Origin: Dehalococcoidia bacterium
Lineage (GTDB): Bacteria > Chloroflexota > Dehalococcoidia > Bin125
Direction of reading: 5' to 3'
Assembly: GCA_965243125.1 (NCBI GenBank)
Contig: OZ251529.1
Location: forward strand, 1,683,729-1,747,728
Length of the DNA: 64,000 nucleotides
Numbering within the stretch: the stretch's first letter is position 1; each line of letters begins with the position of its first letter. Shown here in pieces: positions 36,078-44,346 of this stretch. A program made the position numbers and the translations under genes. The notes under the pieces were generated by a model, which had not been told where the DNA came from, searched no databases, and worked only from the letters and a program-made list of their open reading frames with translations.

Positions 36078-37058
36078 TCAGAAGTCGCGTTGGGTGATGA
36101 ACTCGGCGATGGCGGTGAGCTCCGCTTGTGGGCCTTCGGCGGCGGCGTTGTGCAGGGCGGCGATGGCGCGGTCGCGCCACTCCCAGGCGACTTGCATGCA
36201 CTGGTCGATGATCGGGTCGGCGCGGAGCGCTTCCAGCGAGGCCGCCAGCCAGCGCGAGCGCTCCGCCTCGCTCTGCGCCGCCAGGAAGCGGGCGACCGGG
36301 TTGGCGTCGGGCTCGCGTTCCATCAGGACGATGGCGGGGAGGGTGAGTGTGCCGGCGCTGAGGTCGCCGCCGACGGGTTTGCCCAGCTGCTCCTCGGTGC
36401 CGCAGAAATCGAGGATGTCGTCGACGATCTGGAACGCCATCCCCACGCTGCGCCCGTATTCGCGCAGGGCCTCCACCGTCTCCGCGCGGCAGCCGCTCAT
36501 CATCGCGCCGCCCGCGCCGGCGGTGGCGAAGAGCGAGGCGGTCTTGCCGTGAATGCGCACGTAGTAGTCGCGCATCGTGCCCGACGCCGAGTCGTAGGCG
36601 CTGACGTCCTGCGCCAGCTCGCCCTTGGCCATCACCATCAGCGTTTCGGCGAAGAGCCGGATCACGCCGATGTGGCCGGTGCGCGCGACCAGTTCGGCGG
36701 CGTGGGCGAACATGTAGTCGCCGAGCATCACGGAGGCGGGGTTGCCGAAGCTGGCGTTGGCGGTGGCCTCGCCGCGGCGGGTGTCCGAGGCGTCGATCAC
36801 GTCGTCGTGGACGAGCGTCGCGGTGTGCAGCAGCTCGATCGAGGCGGCGAGCGGGATCTGGTTGTCGGCGTCGTAGTCGCCGAAGCCGCCGGCGAGCAGC
36901 GAGATGGCGGGCCGCAGCCGCTTGCCGCCGCGCGAGAGCACTTGGGTGAGCATCGTCTCGAGCGGCGCGAAGTCGGAGCGCGCGACGAGCGAGAGGGTGT
37001 CCTCCACAAGCGCGAGGTCGTCCGCCACGACCGCGTAGAGATGGCCGACAGAAGTCAT
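36078..37058 (-). CDS. polyprenyl diphosphate synthase (trans-IPPS family)
   Basis: Two DDxxD motifs are present: LVHDDVIDASD and FQIVDDILD. Confidence 0.85.
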   Translation of the reverse strand: MTSVGHLYAVVADDLALVEDTLSLVARSDFAPLETMLTQVLSRGGKRLRPAISLLAGGFGDYDADNQIPLAASIELLHTATLVHDDVIDASDTRRGEATANASFGNPASVMLGDYMFAHAAELVARTGHIGVIRLFAETLMVMAKGELAQDVSAYDSASGTMRDYYVRIHGKTASLFATAGAGGAMMSGCRAETVEALREYGRSVGMAFQIVDDILDFCGTEEQLGKPVGGDLSAGTLTLPAIVLMEREPDANPVARFLAAQSEAERSRWLAASLEALRADPIIDQCMQVAWEWRDRAIAALHNAAAEGPQAELTAIAEFITQRDF

Positions 37059-37162
37059 GACCCTCAGCCTATCGCCACTGCCGCAGAGCGGCTGTCCACG
37101 CGGCGGCCTGGGGGTCGGCGGTCCCAGCCTCGGCTAAGCTGAATGCGCACAGGAGAGCCGCC

Positions 37163-38200
37163 ATGACCGACACGCAGCTGGGCCGCATCGAAGAAGTCGA
37201 CCTGCGCAACATCTGGCAAAACGAAGCGGGCGACTTCACCCCGTGGCTGGCCGAGCACCTCAACCTGCTCGGCGAAGCTTTGCATCTCGACCTGACCCTC
37301 GTGGAAGCCGAAGGCCAGGTCGGAACATTCTCCGTCGATGTCGTCGCCGACACCGACAGCGGCATCGTCGTCATCGAAAACCAGCTCGAGAAGACCGACC
37401 ACACCCACCTGGGCCAACTGCTCACCTACGCCGCCGGTCGCGACGCACGCGTCCTGATCTGGATCACCCCCGACTTCCGCGACGAGCACCGCGCCGCCCT
37501 CGACTGGCTCAACCACTGGACCCCGGAGGAGATCGAGGTCTACGGCGTAGAGGTCCGGGTTATCCGAATCGGCGACTCGTTGCCAGCGCCGGAGTTCCGC
37601 GCTGTGGCATTTCCGAACAGTTGGTCGCGCGGGGCCAGCAGCAGAACGAAGAGCGCTCCATCTGAGAACAGAGAACGGTACCGCGTCTTCTACCAGCCAC
37701 TGGTTGATCGGGCGCACGAACTCGGTCTGACAGATAGGCGCAACGCAACGGGAGTCTCCTATCAGCACATCGCTGAGAGTGCAGCAGACGGCGATATTCA
37801 GTACGTCGTCCAACTTCGCAGCAGGAGCAAGAATCAAGTCAGCGTGGCGCTGGACATTCGTGCGTCCGACACGGGGTGGAACAGGCAAACACCCCCCGCG
37901 GAGTGGAACAGGCAAATTCTCGATCGACTCCGAGATCGCCAACCCGAAATCGAAGCAGGTCTGGACTTTGAGATCGATTGGGACAAACCGAATCGGGGAC
38001 GCTCGCAGGGCATCCTAATCTTCGGCACCGGTTCTCTCGACGATCCGCCGGAGCGACAGGACGAAGTTCGGAAATGGATGCTCGACACAGTCGTAGTGCT
38101 GAAGAGCGTCCTCGATCCGCACCTGCAAGAGATTGTCGCCGAGCTAGACGCGGAAGAGGCGGGCGGCGTTGGCGACGGTCTGGGCGGCGAAGAGATCTAA
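37163..38200 (+). CDS. hypothetical protein with N-terminal PD-(D/E)xK-like nuclease fold (DUF4268-like)
   Basis: The core DVVAD...GIVVIENQLEKTDHTHLGQLLTYAAG fits a D...ExK-type nuclease core. The C-terminal domain has unknown function. Confidence 0.5.
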   Translation: MTDTQLGRIEEVDLRNIWQNEAGDFTPWLAEHLNLLGEALHLDLTLVEAEGQVGTFSVDVVADTDSGIVVIENQLEKTDHTHLGQLLTYAAGRDARVLIWITPDFRDEHRAALDWLNHWTPEEIEVYGVEVRVIRIGDSLPAPEFRAVAFPNSWSRGASSRTKSAPSENRERYRVFYQPLVDRAHELGLTDRRNATGVSYQHIAESAADGDIQYVVQLRSRSKNQVSVALDIRASDTGWNRQTPPAEWNRQILDRLRDRQPEIEAGLDFEIDWDKPNRGRSQGILIFGTGSLDDPPERQDEVRKWMLDTVVVLKSVLDPHLQEIVAELDAEEAGGVGDGLGGEEI

Positions 38201-38950
38201 CGGCGTTTCGCGCAGCTCGGCGATCCGCTGCGCTGTTTCGGCTACGTAGGCGGGCTCGTTGCGGCGGCCGCGGCGGGCCTGGGGCGAGAGGTAGGGGCAA
38301 TCTGTTTCTACGACGATTGCGTCCTCGCGCAGGGCTTTGGCGGCGCTGCGCAACTCGTCGTTTTTCGGGTAGGTGACCGGGCCGGCGAACGAGATCAGGA
38401 AGCCCATTTCGGCGTAGGCCAGGGCCAGCGTGTCGTGGCCCGAGAAGCAGTGGATGACGCCGACGGGCGCGCCGCGGCGGCAGCTCGCGCCCCACGGCGC
38501 GAGCACATCCCATGTTTCGTCGTGCGCGTCGCGGGAGTGGATGATCACCGGCAGGTCGAGCTCCTCCGCCAGCTCGAGCTGCTCGCGGAAGGCGCGAAAC
38601 TGCGCCTCGCGCGGCGAGAGGTTGCGGTAGAAATCGAGGCCGATCTCGCCGATCGCGACGACCGACTCGCTCGCCGCCAGTGCGCGCAGCTCGCGCGATG
38701 CTTCCGCCGACCAGTCTTTGGCGTCGTGCGGATGCAGCCCGACCGAGGCGTAGACGCCGTCCTGCGCTTCGGCCAGGCGCACGGCGGCGCGGCTGGTCTC
38801 GAGGTCGGTGCCGACGGTGACGCAGCGCTCGACGCCCGCCTCGCGGGCGCGTTCGAGCACGGCGTCGATCTCGCTCAGCAGCGCCGGATCGTGCAGGTGC
38901 GCGTGGGTGTCGAAGAGGCGGATCGTTGCGTTGTTGTCGGCGTCGCTCAT
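38144..38950 (-). CDS. tatD: TatD family metal-dependent hydrolase/DNase
   Basis: The N-terminal motif is FDTHAHL, with conserved His/Glu/Asp ligands. Its start overlaps the metG stop as ATGA. Confidence 0.85.
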   Translation of the reverse strand: MSDADNNATIRLFDTHAHLHDPALLSEIDAVLERAREAGVERCVTVGTDLETSRAAVRLAEAQDGVYASVGLHPHDAKDWSAEASRELRALAASESVVAIGEIGLDFYRNLSPREAQFRAFREQLELAEELDLPVIIHSRDAHDETWDVLAPWGASCRRGAPVGVIHCFSGHDTLALAYAEMGFLISFAGPVTYPKNDELRSAAKALREDAIVVETDCPYLSPQARRGRRNEPAYVAETAQRIAELRETPLDLFAAQTVANAARLFRV

Positions 38951-40614
38951 GTGCCCAGCCTCGCTTCCTCTTCTTCGACGATTGAGGGGTCGAGCTTGCG
39001 GAACAGGGGGACGGGCTGTTGCAGCTGCGCGCCCGGGCGCAGCGCGTGCAGCTGCCAGCCGAGCGACTCCACGCCGCCCTCCGCGCCGAGCAGCCCGTGC
39101 AGCGTTTGGCAGCTGAACGGTAGGTACGGAGCGAGCGCGGTGCGCAGCGCGGCGATCACATTCAGCGCCGTGTAGAGCGAGCGCGCCGCCGCTTCGCGAT
39201 CCTCTTTGACCGCCTGCCACGGCGCGGTCTGGTCGAGGTAGCGGTTGGTCTGCTGCGCCAGCGCGAACGCCTGCTGGAGTCCCTGGCGCAGATGTACCGC
39301 CTCAATCGAGGCGCCGACCTGCTCCAGCGTCGACTGCGCCTGGTCCAAGAGCCGCGTCGAATCCCGGTCCAGCGGGCCCGGCTCCGGCACGCGCGCGTCG
39401 AAATGACGGTTGACCAGTGAGAGCACGCGGTTGACCAGGTTGCCCCAGGTGGCGACCAGCTCGTCGTTGTTGCGCCGCAGGAATTCGCCCCAGGAGAAAT
39501 CGCTGTCCGACGTTTCCGGCATCTGCGCGGCCAGCGCGTAGCGCAGCGGATCGGGGTCGTAGCGGCTGAGGTAGTCGTTGACCCAGACGGCCCAGCGCTT
39601 ACTGGTGCTGGCCTTGCTACCGGACATGGTGATGTACTGATTGGCGGGCACATCGTAGGGCAGGTTGTAGCCGCCCGCGCCGAGCAGGATGGCGGGCCAG
39701 ATGACGGTGTGGAAGGGCACATTGTCCTTGCCGATGAAGTTGTAGATGCGCGCGTCGGACGACTGCCAGAAATCGCGCCACGCTTCCGGCTCGCCGCGCG
39801 TCTGCGCCCACTCGACCGTCGCCGAGAGGTAGCCGATCACGGCCTCGAACCAGACGTAGATGCGCTTCTCCTCCCAGCCGTCGAGCGGCACCGGCACGCC
39901 CCAGGCGATATCGCGGGTGATGGCGCGATCCTGCAGCCCCTCGCGCAGCATCCCGCGGGTGAAGTTGAGCACGTGCGCACGCCAGTGCTCCTTGCCCTCG
40001 GCCAGCCACTCGCTCAGCGGCTGCTCGAACGCAGTCAGTCGCAGGAAGTAGTGCTCCGAGCTGCGCAGCTCGGGCGTCGCGCCGGTCGCGCGCGAGCGCG
40101 GCTCGAGCAGGTCCACGGCGTCCAGTTGCCGTCCGCAGGCGTCGCACTGATCGCCCCGCGCGCCCGGATCCTGGCAGTGCGGGCAGGTGCCCTCGATGTA
40201 GCGATCGGGCAGAAAGCGGCGCGCCTCCGCGTCGTAGAACAACTCCTGCGTCGCCTTGAACAGGTGGCCGTTCTCCAGCAGCCGGTTGAACAGATCGTGC
40301 GTCACGTCGCGGTGGTTGTCGGTCATCGTCGTCGTGAAGGTGTCGAACGAGATGCCCATGCCCTGCCAGGTGTCGAGGATCGACTGGTGAAATTCGGCGA
40401 CGACCTGTTCCGGCGCGCGCCCCTCTTCGTCGGCCCGCACCGTGATCGGCGTGCCGTGCGTGTCGGAGCCGGAGACCATCGCCACGCGGTTGCCGCGGAT
40501 GCGGTGGTAGCGGGCGAAGATGTCGGCGGGCAGATAGGCGCCGCCCAGCTGTCCGTGGTGGATCGGCCCGTTGGCGTAGGGCCAGGCGACGCAGACGAGG
40601 ATCTTGTCGGTCAC
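38947..40614 (-). CDS. metG: methionyl-tRNA synthetase
   Basis: It has a class I Rossmann fold with a PYANGPIHHGQ HIGH-like motif, Cys zinc knuckles and a KMSKS-region variant. Start was chosen at the GTG of VTDKILV; the listed ORF extends 5' across a repeat. Confidence 0.85.
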   Translation of the reverse strand: MTDKILVCVAWPYANGPIHHGQLGGAYLPADIFARYHRIRGNRVAMVSGSDTHGTPITVRADEEGRAPEQVVAEFHQSILDTWQGMGISFDTFTTTMTDNHRDVTHDLFNRLLENGHLFKATQELFYDAEARRFLPDRYIEGTCPHCQDPGARGDQCDACGRQLDAVDLLEPRSRATGATPELRSSEHYFLRLTAFEQPLSEWLAEGKEHWRAHVLNFTRGMLREGLQDRAITRDIAWGVPVPLDGWEEKRIYVWFEAVIGYLSATVEWAQTRGEPEAWRDFWQSSDARIYNFIGKDNVPFHTVIWPAILLGAGGYNLPYDVPANQYITMSGSKASTSKRWAVWVNDYLSRYDPDPLRYALAAQMPETSDSDFSWGEFLRRNNDELVATWGNLVNRVLSLVNRHFDARVPEPGPLDRDSTRLLDQAQSTLEQVGASIEAVHLRQGLQQAFALAQQTNRYLDQTAPWQAVKEDREAAARSLYTALNVIAALRTALAPYLPFSCQTLHGLLGAEGGVESLGWQLHALRPGAQLQQPVPLFRKLDPSIVEEEEARLGT

Positions 40615-40737
40615 AACAGGCCGCTCCCGGCAACAGGCGCGCAGCTGCGCCTCAAGCGATTGTAAAGCGTCGCACGCTCCGCACAGGCGGTCAAACGGGC
40701 GGCGCGGGGGAGGCAGAAGCGGCGTTGGCGCTGTTTG

Positions 40738-40772
40738 CGTCGAGATACCCGCGGCAAGCGCGGGTATGACGG
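40738..40772. repeat. CGTCAT-family hairpin element (gagatacccgcg-gcaa-gcgcgggtatgacgg)
   Basis: It is the same unit as 4494-4528, in the metG-rsmI intergenic region. Confidence 0.6.
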
Positions 40773-40831
40773 GATTGGGGGTGCGGGCGCGACGGGATTG
40801 GAGGCATTGGTGTGGGGCGGATTGCGGACTG

Positions 40832-41686
40832 CTAGGGCGGCCAGAGGGCGTAGACCTCGCGGCGGGGGCGGCCGGAGCGTTGGGCGATTTCGCGGCTGGC
40901 GTTTGCGCGGCTCGCACCCCCGGCCGCGGCCGCAGCCAGCGCCTCACGCACCGCGTCGTCGCTCCAGGACTGCTCGGGCGGCTCGGGCGGGATCAGCAGA
41001 ATCGTGAACTCGCCGCGCGGCTCGGCGAACGCCTCGACCGCCTCGGCGGGAGCGCCGCGCCAGATTTGTTCGTGCAGCTTGGTCAGCTCGCGGCCGATGA
41101 TCAGCTCGGCGTCGGGCAGCAGTTCGGCGAGCTCGCGCAGAGTTCCCTTGATGCGATGGGGCGATTCGAACATCGTGGTGGGCAGCCCAGCTTCGGCGAA
41201 GGCGAGCAGGGCGCGCCGCCGCGCGGCGCTGCGGCGCGGCAGGAAGCCGCTCAGCCGCACTTCCGCTCCGCGCGTGCCGGCGGCGGACCAGAGCGCGATC
41301 GGCGCGGCGGGGCCGGGGATTGGCACGACGCGAATGCCCCGTGCTGCGGCCTCCGCGACCAGCGCGCGGCCCGGATCCGAGACGCCCGGCGTGCCAGCGT
41401 CGCAGACCAGCGCCAGCTCCTCGCCGCGCTCCAGACGCGCCAGCAGGCCCGGCCCGGTGCGCTCGCGGTTCTGGTCGTTGTAGTGCGTGACCGGCGTCTC
41501 GATCTCATAGTGCGAGAGCAGCTTGGCCGCCGTGGGCGTGTTCTCCGCCGCGATCAGGTCAACCTCGCGCAGCACCCGCAGCGCGCGCAGGGTGATGTCC
41601 TCCAGATTGCCGATCGGGGTGGCGACGACGAACAGTGCGCCTGGAGAGACGCCTGGAGGGACGCCTGGGCTGGGCAAATCCGGCAC
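40832..41686 (-). CDS. rsmI: 16S rRNA (cytidine1402-2'-O)-methyltransferase RsmI
   Basis: This tetrapyrrole-methylase-fold protein carries LFVVATPIGNLEDITLRAL and DAGTPGVSDPG. Start was chosen at an in-frame GTG giving about 285 aa. Confidence 0.8.
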   Translation of the reverse strand: MPDLPSPGVPPGVSPGALFVVATPIGNLEDITLRALRVLREVDLIAAENTPTAAKLLSHYEIETPVTHYNDQNRERTGPGLLARLERGEELALVCDAGTPGVSDPGRALVAEAAARGIRVVPIPGPAAPIALWSAAGTRGAEVRLSGFLPRRSAARRRALLAFAEAGLPTTMFESPHRIKGTLRELAELLPDAELIIGRELTKLHEQIWRGAPAEAVEAFAEPRGEFTILLIPPEPPEQSWSDDAVREALAAAAAGGASRANASREIAQRSGRPRREVYALWPP

Positions 41687-42006
41687 AGCATCAGAATACG
41701 CGCCGCACCCAGACCGAACCGAATCGAGCGGGATCAGGTTGAGCCGGGATCGGGCCAGGATCAGGCTAGTTTGTTGCCTGCGCAACGGGCGCGCCATAAT
41801 CCGAGTCGGGAACGACTTCCGCAATCGCGCTACCATATCGCGCAATCGGAGGCGAGCGTGCAAGCTGGCGTGCCACGATCCATCCCGCCCCTGGGCCGCT
41901 CTTGGGCCGACTTGCGGGCCCAACCGGTCATCACTGTGCAGCGCGGCGTCATGCCGCGCTGTTGCGTTAACGCGCGGTCTGCGGCGCGACGCGCGGAGGA
42001 GGAGCC

Positions 42007-43215
42007 ATGACCACGTTGACCGAACCGAGCAGGACGGGCACGATGGCCGAGACGCTCAGCGGCGAACGCGCCTCCGCTCCGCCGCCGCTGCGCAAGCAGC
42101 TGCACGAGGCCTACGGCTTCGACGATGTGGCGATCGTGCCCGGCGCGCTGACGATCAACCCCGAACTGACCGACGTGCGCAGCGAGATCGCCGGTCAGAC
42201 GCTTGAGATTCCGATCCTGGCCGCGGCGATGGACGCCGTGGTCGACCCGCAGTTCGCCATCGACGTCGGCCAGCGCGGCGGACTAGCGGTGCTCAACCTC
42301 GAAGGCTTGCAGTGCCGCTTCGAGCAGCCCGAAGCGATCCTCGCCGAGGTCGCCGCGAGCGACACCGACGGCGCAACCGAAATCCTCCAGCGCGCCTACA
42401 CCGCGCCGATCCGCGACGAGCTGATCGGCCGCCGCATCGCCGAAATCAAGGCCGGCGGCGCGGCTGCCGCCGTCTCCGTCACACCGCCCAACGCCAAGCG
42501 GCTGGCCGGCATCGTCCGCGAGGCGCAGGCCGATGTCTTCGTCGTGCAGTCCACCGTCACTACCGCCCGCCACCTCTCGCGCTCCGAGCGCGGCTTAATC
42601 CTGCACGAGCTGATCCGCGAAATCGGCATCCCCACCATCGTCGGCAACACGGTCGGCTTCGGCGCATCAATCGAGCTGATGGAAGAGGGCATCGCGGCGC
42701 TGCTGGTTGGGGTGGGGCCGGGCGCAGCCTGCACCAGCCGCGAGGTGCTGGGCATCGGCGTGCCGCAGGTCTCCGCCACGATCGAGTGCGCCCACGCGCG
42801 CGACGCCTACCTCGCCCGCACCGGGCGCTACGTGCCGATCATCACCGACGGCGGCATCCGCACCGGCGGCGATTTCTGCAAGTCGTTCGTCGCCGGCGCC
42901 GACGCCGTGATGATCGGCTCGCCCTTCGCCGGCACAATGGAAGCGCCCGGGCGCGGCTTCCACTGGGGCATGGCCACGCCGCACGCCGAACTCCCCCGCG
43001 GCGTCCGCGTCCATGTGGGCCGCCACACCACCCTCGACCGCCTGCTCTTCGGCCCCACCTCGCGCACCGACGGCACCGAAAATCTGATCGGCGCGCTGCG
43101 CACCTGCATGGGCAGCGTCGGCGCAGAAGTCATCCGCGACCTCCACAGCACCGAGATGGTAGTAGCCCCCGCCATCAAAACCGAAGGCAAGCGCTACCAA
43201 ATGCTCCGCGACTGA
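42007..43215 (+). CDS. IMP dehydrogenase/GMP reductase family protein (GuaB3-like, no obvious CBS pair)
   Basis: The N-terminus carries [10 protein letters not shown]. It has a TIM-barrel IMPDH family signature but lacks the catalytic Cys loop typical of guaB. Confidence 0.7.
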   Translation: MTTLTEPSRTGTMAETLSGERASAPPPLRKQLHEAYGFDDVAIVPGALTINPELTDVRSEIAGQTLEIPILAAAMDAVVDPQFAIDVGQRGGLAVLNLEGLQCRFEQPEAILAEVAASDTDGATEILQRAYTAPIRDELIGRRIAEIKAGGAAAAVSVTPPNAKRLAGIVREAQADVFVVQSTVTTARHLSRSERGLILHELIREIGIPTIVGNTVGFGASIELMEEGIAALLVGVGPGAACTSREVLGIGVPQVSATIECAHARDAYLARTGRYVPIITDGGIRTGGDFCKSFVAGADAVMIGSPFAGTMEAPGRGFHWGMATPHAELPRGVRVHVGRHTTLDRLLFGPTSRTDGTENLIGALRTCMGSVGAEVIRDLHSTEMVVAPAIKTEGKRYQMLRD

Positions 43216-43231
43216 GGAGTCCCCGCAGGGG

Positions 43232-43300
43232 TCCTTCGGAATCGCCCTCCTACGCAGGGGGGCTGTCCGCGTAAGCAAACTGGGGGTCGGCCCGACGCAC
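43232..43300. repeat. copy of the GGAATCGCCC...CTGGGGGTCGG dispersed element
   Basis: See 12101-12180. It lies immediately 3' of the MaoC hotdog gene at 43325. Confidence 0.5.
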
Positions 43301-43324
43301 CGAGCGCAGGAAGAGGCCCGCCCT

Positions 43325-43747
43325 CTAGGCGTCGATCCGCGCCGTCGCCGAACCCTTGACCACCTCCGCGCCGTCCTGGTTCACCGTTGAGACCGCCAAG
43401 TCTACCAGCGACACGCCGTCCTCCTCGCGGATCGCCTCAACCGTCGCTTTGGCGGTGAGCGTGTCGCCGGGCCAGACCTGGGCGACGAAGCGCACGCCGT
43501 AGTTGGTGAGGCGCCCGTCGCCGACCAGGTTGGTCAGCATCTTGCCGGTCATGCCCATCGAGAGCATCCCGTGCGCGAAGACCGTCGGGTAGCCGGCCAC
43601 CTTCGTCGTGAAGATCTCGTCGGTGTGCAGCGGGTTGTAGTCGCCCGATGTGCCCGCGTACTGGATGATCTGCGTCCGCGTGAGGTTGTCGACCACGACT
43701 TCCTCGTGCGTGTCGCCCAAGTTGATTTCGCTCCTGGACAGCGCCAT
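43325..43747 (-). CDS. MaoC-like dehydratase hotdog domain protein
   Basis: The motif YNPLHTDEIFTTKVAGYPTVFAHGM is the canonical MaoC motif. Start was chosen at MALSRSEI. Confidence 0.8.
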   Translation of the reverse strand: MALSRSEINLGDTHEEVVVDNLTRTQIIQYAGTSGDYNPLHTDEIFTTKVAGYPTVFAHGMLSMGMTGKMLTNLVGDGRLTNYGVRFVAQVWPGDTLTAKATVEAIREEDGVSLVDLAVSTVNQDGAEVVKGSATARIDA

Positions 43748-43758
43748 GTCGGCCTCCT

Positions 43759-44253
43759 CTATTCCACGACCCGCGAGGTCTGCACGCCCACCGAGCGGGC
43801 GGTCACGACCAGCACGTCGTCCTGGTTGTAGTACTCGGTGATGCTCTCGCTGAATTTCAGGGTGCCGCCGCGGCGGCCTTCGCGCTCCCACGCCTTGCCC
43901 TGCTTCTCCACGGTGTGGAGCACATCGCCGGGCCGGATCGGCGCGTGGTACTCGTAGTGCTGCTCGGCGTGGAAGCCGGTACCGCCGCTGCCCTCACCGT
44001 CGCCGCTCGACTCGCGCTGCACGCCGGTCGGCTCCTTGCCGGAGCCGAACCACGGCTCGCCCGGCTCGGGCCGCAGCGGGTGGCGGTCGGTGAACTGCGA
44101 GCTGGCCTGCACGAAGGTCGGCGGCGGGATGATGTGCCCCGGCTCCGTCCCGGCCGCCGCGTCGGCGTCGTAGTAGATCGGGTTCTTGTCGCCGATCGAC
44201 CGCGCGAACAGCATGATGTGCCCCGCCTCGATCGGGAAGTGGTCAACGGCCAT
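43759..44253 (-). CDS. MaoC N-terminal-like hotdog domain protein, partner of 43325-43747
   Basis: Only the C-terminal 164 aa of the listed 715-aa ORF is taken as real. The remainder is antisense to the CoA-transferase gene. Confidence 0.65.
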   Translation of the reverse strand: MAVDHFPIEAGHIMLFARSIGDKNPIYYDADAAAGTEPGHIIPPPTFVQASSQFTDRHPLRPEPGEPWFGSGKEPTGVQRESSGDGEGSGGTGFHAEQHYEYHAPIRPGDVLHTVEKQGKAWEREGRRGGTLKFSESITEYYNQDDVLVVTARSVGVQTSRVVE

Positions 44254-44346
44254 AAACTGCGGCTCCCTCTGTCGTCGTTGCCTGCTCTGGCGCGTCCCTA
44301 CGCGCAGACGCAGTGTATCGCACCCGCGCCGCTGTAGTCTGCGGGC

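Noticed and set aside
35994-37142. 382-aa plus-strand ORF
   Set aside because: It is antisense to the polyprenyl synthase, which has two canonical DDxxD motifs on the minus strand.
37064-37942. 292-aa minus-strand ORF
   Set aside because: It is antisense to the PD-(D/E)xK-like gene 37163-38200, which has the more convincing domain organisation. The minus-strand product is featureless.
41687-42006. 320-bp leader upstream of the IMPDH-family gene inspected for a purine, ZTP or other riboswitch
   Set aside because: I could not identify conserved riboswitch core motifs by eye. It was left unannotated, and an Infernal/Rfam scan would be needed.
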